Virus record (IMG/VR): IMGVR_UViG_3300022890_000014
Coordinates: 1-64,000 of that record
Source of the DNA: a virus
Direction: 5' to 3' (one strand)
DNA: 64,000 bases
The translations under genes and the position numbers were made by a program. The notes below the pieces were generated by a model. The model was given only the letters and a program-made list of their open reading frames with translations, searched no databases and had not been told where the DNA came from. Position 1 is the first letter of the stretch. Every line of letters starts with the position of its first letter. Below, one piece after another: positions 60,979-64,000 of this stretch.

Positions 60979-61815
60979 TCAGTTTTTTATTTTTTCTTCC
61001 GTATCAATCTTATTCTCAATGCTTCTCTCAAGTAGAGATTGCTTGGAACTAAGCCTGACAAGCATTTGTTGCCCAAGGTTGTTCATTCTCTTCAGTTTTT
61101 TATTGAACGCTTCAACTACTTCTGCACTATTCTCTTTACTACTGGGGGTGCCCATATCTTTGCCATCTAGCCTTGTGAGACTAAACACCATTTGAAATAG
61201 CGATTGTTTATTAGAGTAGTCGTTGGAGTTGGCTACGACACCAGCTTCAACAAGCTCCGCTATCCGTTCGTTAATATATGAGATTTCTCCACCATCAAGA
61301 CTCTGCCACGTAGTTCCGATTCTTCCTACTGGAATATCCTTAATTATCTTTCCACCGACCATGTATGACAAGATCTCACCATCAGTAATTTCAATCATAG
61401 ACTTGTCTTCTAGTAGAGTTCCGCAGTGTTTGCATAACACAGAGCCGTCTTCTAGTTTCTCAAGTGGATTGTTTTCATCTTCCTTGTCGTCTTCTTCAGC
61501 AAAGATACTTGGTATTCCTTCAGGTGAATTGATTTTATTGTCAGCAACAGTGCTAACCATTCCGTCTAAACCGAAGCCTACATCGCCACCATCCAAAGAC
61601 ACGGTTTCTGGAGTATGCATTTCTCCATAATCAGTGTCTTTTTCGTACTGACTACCGCCTCTTGCTGGCTGCATTCTGCTTTGGTCTTGCCCAATAGCCT
61701 CGCCGATTCTGCTAGCAAGACCCTCAGAATGCTCACTCATCTTTTCTGACATCTCAGCTATCTTCTTACTACTTAGAAAGCTGGAACCTGGAAGATTACT
61801 GTTACTATTTCCCAT
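60979..61815 (-). CDS. Probable tail assembly chaperone
   Basis: Acidic N-terminus, CKHC, chaperone-like C-terminus ending KIKN; synteny. Confidence 0.5.
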   Translation of the reverse strand: MGNSNSNLPGSSFLSSKKIAEMSEKMSEHSEGLASRIGEAIGQDQSRMQPARGGSQYEKDTDYGEMHTPETVSLDGGDVGFGLDGMVSTVADNKINSPEGIPSIFAEEDDKEDENNPLEKLEDGSVLCKHCGTLLEDKSMIEITDGEILSYMVGGKIIKDIPVGRIGTTWQSLDGGEISYINERIAELVEAGVVANSNDYSNKQSLFQMVFSLTRLDGKDMGTPSSKENSAEVVEAFNKKLKRMNNLGQQMLVRLSSKQSLLERSIENKIDTEEKIKN

Positions 61816-61841
61816 AACTAGACTCTCCTTAATTTGGTAAC

Positions 61842-61876
61842 ATTATATCATATATAGTGGTATAATATATATAGAG
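61842..61876. promoter_or_regulatory. Divergent promoter pair
   Basis: TATGATATAAT (-, 61842-61852) and GGTATAAT-ATATA-TAGAG (+, 61859-61876). Confidence 0.6.
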
Positions 61877-61913
61877 GAAGAAATAATTCTAACATAATAA
61901 GGGGTGTTTATCA

Positions 61914-62411
61914 ATGGCTGCAAATTACAAGGAATTACTATCCAGTGTGTACACAGTCTGGGAAGGAATTGACGAACTAACTGGAATGTTCTTTAGTGGA
62001 GTATCTGGCCTTAGCGAGTGCCATGAAGATAATGATGAGCTAAAAAAAGTATGGAGACTCATATTTGGGCATGGTGATTATAATGGGCTGGTGAATGAGT
62101 ACGAAGATGCCTACATGTCGTGGCCTAAGCCGGTAAACAAGGGCACTAGAATAGACCGTGTGCGCAACTACAACCTTAGATTAGATCAGTCCTACGAGCG
62201 ACTACAGGATATGATCGAGACTATGCACTACCTATCAAATACAGTGGTTCTGGATATAGTTGGAGACTATGACTGGCACGAAAGCATTAACAGTGCAATT
62301 ACTATCCTTGTTGACTCGCTACATGAGAGGTTGTGCAGACCTGATAACGAAACTATCTTCCGTGTCAAGAGAAAATACAAGAAACTAATGAATGAATTGG
62401 GTGTCGCGTAA
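61914..62411 (+). CDS. Hypothetical protein
   Basis: 165 aa; stop supplied by the palindrome on the + strand. Confidence 0.7.
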   Translation: MAANYKELLSSVYTVWEGIDELTGMFFSGVSGLSECHEDNDELKKVWRLIFGHGDYNGLVNEYEDAYMSWPKPVNKGTRIDRVRNYNLRLDQSYERLQDMIETMHYLSNTVVLDIVGDYDWHESINSAITILVDSLHERLCRPDNETIFRVKRKYKKLMNELGVA

Positions 62412-62432
62412 GGCTTACGCAAAGGAAAAGAC

Positions 62433-63629
62433 ATGAAGAGTAGCCTAGTGTTCGATATTTTCAAAGAGAACGTCCCAAAATGGAACGCTATTCTATCAGC
62501 AGTAGATAGTGCAATATCTGGCAAAGGTGAGAAGCTTATAGTTATTGAATCTGATGATGATGAACAAGTAGTAAAGTTCAGCACAGTGGGGTTTAATACT
62601 CCTATATATTCAGAAATAGAAACTCTTGTTGAAGAGTCAGGAGTAGTATGTGTTGACCCAAAGATATTTTGCAAGATGGGCATTGCTAACAAGAATGAAG
62701 ATGTACATGTGGAGGCAATCATCGACACTAAGGATGAGGAGGGTTCTGAGTGTGGAAAACTTATCATCTCGTTCGGAGAAAGCTATTCAGAAATTCCGGT
62801 ATCAACTCAATATACGGCTGAGGAGATAGATGAAGATCATCATTTCTCGCCTATTATACCAAGCTCCCTCATTGATGGACTAAAGAAGGTAGAAAAGTTG
62901 CATGATAAAAAAAGCAACACTTCTGCACCGTCAAGAGTTATAGTCGAGAGTGTTGTCTTTGGTACTGTCGATGGCAAACTATCCTTATCTGTCACTGACG
63001 CCACAGCACTTGCTCAGTCAATAACAGATAATATTAGTCCATGTGGAAAAAACCACAGCATTCACATCTCAGCAATCAAGCCATTACAAAAGTTCCTTGA
63101 GCACATGAGCAAGGAGAATAAGTTCTCATGGGCAATCACAGACAGCAAGATGTTATTTAGAGCAGGTAAAACTGTCATGTCTATATCCATGATCGAGACA
63201 CCACCTGTTGCAAACTCATTTGGTCAGTTCTTCTTTGATGTGCACGGACAGAGGAGTGTTGCTGTGGATAGAAAAGAATTCCTTGTTGCACTAAATAGGT
63301 GTGCAGGAATACAGACATCCTCAAAAAAGAAGCATGGCTTGCCAATAGTGTGTCAGTTGTCAGAAGGAAACTTGATAGTTGGACTGAGTGCTGCTGGTCT
63401 CAAGACAAGATCTAGAGTCAAATGCACTGTGCTAGATGAGTACGAAGCTGTTAGCTCATTCTGCGTGAACATAAAACATCTGATAGCAGCAGTTAAAAAC
63501 ATATCAGATGATATTCTTTCTATAGTCTTCATTGATGCAAGAGACAAAGATAACAAAATGAAGATGGCTAGATTAACTGGAATGGAAGACCAGTCATTCC
63601 GTGAAGCAATTATGCAAATGAGGATTTAA
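62433..63629 (+). CDS. DNA polymerase III beta sliding clamp-like protein
   Basis: 398 aa, clamp-like three-domain size; LSVTDATALA, VDRKEFLVALNR, FCVNIKHLIAAVKNI, AIMQMRI C-terminus. Confidence 0.75.
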   Translation: MKSSLVFDIFKENVPKWNAILSAVDSAISGKGEKLIVIESDDDEQVVKFSTVGFNTPIYSEIETLVEESGVVCVDPKIFCKMGIANKNEDVHVEAIIDTKDEEGSECGKLIISFGESYSEIPVSTQYTAEEIDEDHHFSPIIPSSLIDGLKKVEKLHDKKSNTSAPSRVIVESVVFGTVDGKLSLSVTDATALAQSITDNISPCGKNHSIHISAIKPLQKFLEHMSKENKFSWAITDSKMLFRAGKTVMSISMIETPPVANSFGQFFFDVHGQRSVAVDRKEFLVALNRCAGIQTSSKKKHGLPIVCQLSEGNLIVGLSAAGLKTRSRVKCTVLDEYEAVSSFCVNIKHLIAAVKNISDDILSIVFIDARDKDNKMKMARLTGMEDQSFREAIMQMRI

Positions 63630-63907
63630 TGAAACTATCAGATATTATTACGCATTTCAAAACAACAAGCAATCTCACTATCGAACTCACAAATTATTTA
63701 GTTGGAGCAGCAAAGCATGTTGGCTATCTAGATAAAGATATTCCAATCAGTGAGTGGCTAGAAATTGTTATTATTCCTTTGAATAAGGCTCTTAGTCATG
63801 AAGGAATACAAGGGATCTCCGTATGCGCTGGATGCGGCCTGCCAAGGCATTTAGGTAGATGCATGAAGAAACTAACCGCAGAAGAAGGAGAAAATGGCTT
63901 TGAGTGA
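63629..63907 (+). CDS. Hypothetical protein
   Basis: TAATG overlap; CAGC..H..C. Confidence 0.65.
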   Translation: MKLSDIITHFKTTSNLTIELTNYLVGAAKHVGYLDKDIPISEWLEIVIIPLNKALSHEGIQGISVCAGCGLPRHLGRCMKKLTAEEGENGFE

Positions 63908-64000
63908 TAAACTATCTCATGTGTACAAGTGGACTGTAGCTGAATGTAATGAGCAGGTTGGGAGGTGGTTAACTCCAGTGCTTCCTAACCAGGCTGACTT

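Larger units (their letters stand above)
417..62421. repeat. Dispersed 17-bp palindrome TGCGTAAG[G/C]CTTACGCA, at least 36 copies
   Basis: Copies start at 417, 952, 1423, 4156, 5266, 8959, 10345, 11717, 13348, 14884, 16892, 19604, 21566, 22725, 24806, 26108, 27302, 29034, 30455, 34019, 34047, 36636, 38403, 39976, 40718, 42454, 44371, 46219, 48699, 49642, 51346, 52713, 55788, 56956, 60589, 62405. A few differ at the outermost 1-2 bases. Degenerate copies at 14911, 29060, 32420, 55807. Manual scan. Confidence 0.97.

Noticed and set aside
417-62421. Palindrome as a CRISPR array or an adapter/assembly artefact
   Set aside because: Copies are kilobases apart rather than separated by 30-40-nt spacers, and no cas genes are present. 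They respect reading frames, supply stop codons and show natural variants, which an artefact would not.
417-62421. Palindrome as an intrinsic terminator or an IS/MITE end
   Set aside because: No U-tract follows it, it occurs inside essential CDSs, and I see no target-site duplications or transposase.
1-64000. Stop-codon reassignment as seen in some large phages
   Set aside because: Standard-code ORFs are long and dense, and TAA, TAG and TGA all terminate well-supported genes.
1-64000. Major capsid, terminase, prohead protease and tail sheath genes
   Set aside because: No ORF with recognisable motifs; presumably outside the window, so the protease model cannot be closed here.

Overview
This 64-kb window comes from a large, probably uncultured tailed phage (myovirus-type baseplate) and is read in the standard genetic code. 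The minus strand carries late/virion modules: a single-chain beta-beta' RNA polymerase with a LAGLIDADG-type intein, a SNF2-like helicase, a probable portal, a lysis-like membrane cluster, tail fibre and baseplate genes, a sigma-70-family factor embedded in the tail operon, a hub/NlpC-P60 protein, a tape measure protein and chaperones. Small plus-strand islands carry accessory and replication genes (pentapeptide proteins, XRE HTH, beta-clamp). Three cross-cutting signals stand out. (1) A 17-bp palindrome, TGCGTAAG[G/C]CTTACGCA, occurs at least 36 times at unusually even spacing, including in-frame inside CDSs and as the stop codon of seven genes. (2) An N-terminal leader, M-x(1-3)-Y-x-G-I-x-x-G-M-T-K-x-[A/G/S], is fused to eight unrelated proteins, and K-x-A sites are enriched in a scaffold-like protein and the sigma N-terminus. 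This suggests a capsid cargo-loading and protease-maturation system that may package a transcription kit. (3) Two promoter classes sort by strand: GGTATAAG-N5-TAG on + and an extended -10 on -. Two non-canonical tRNA-like RNAs and two candidate large structured ncRNAs are also present. All calls are by-eye motif reading; no database searches were run.
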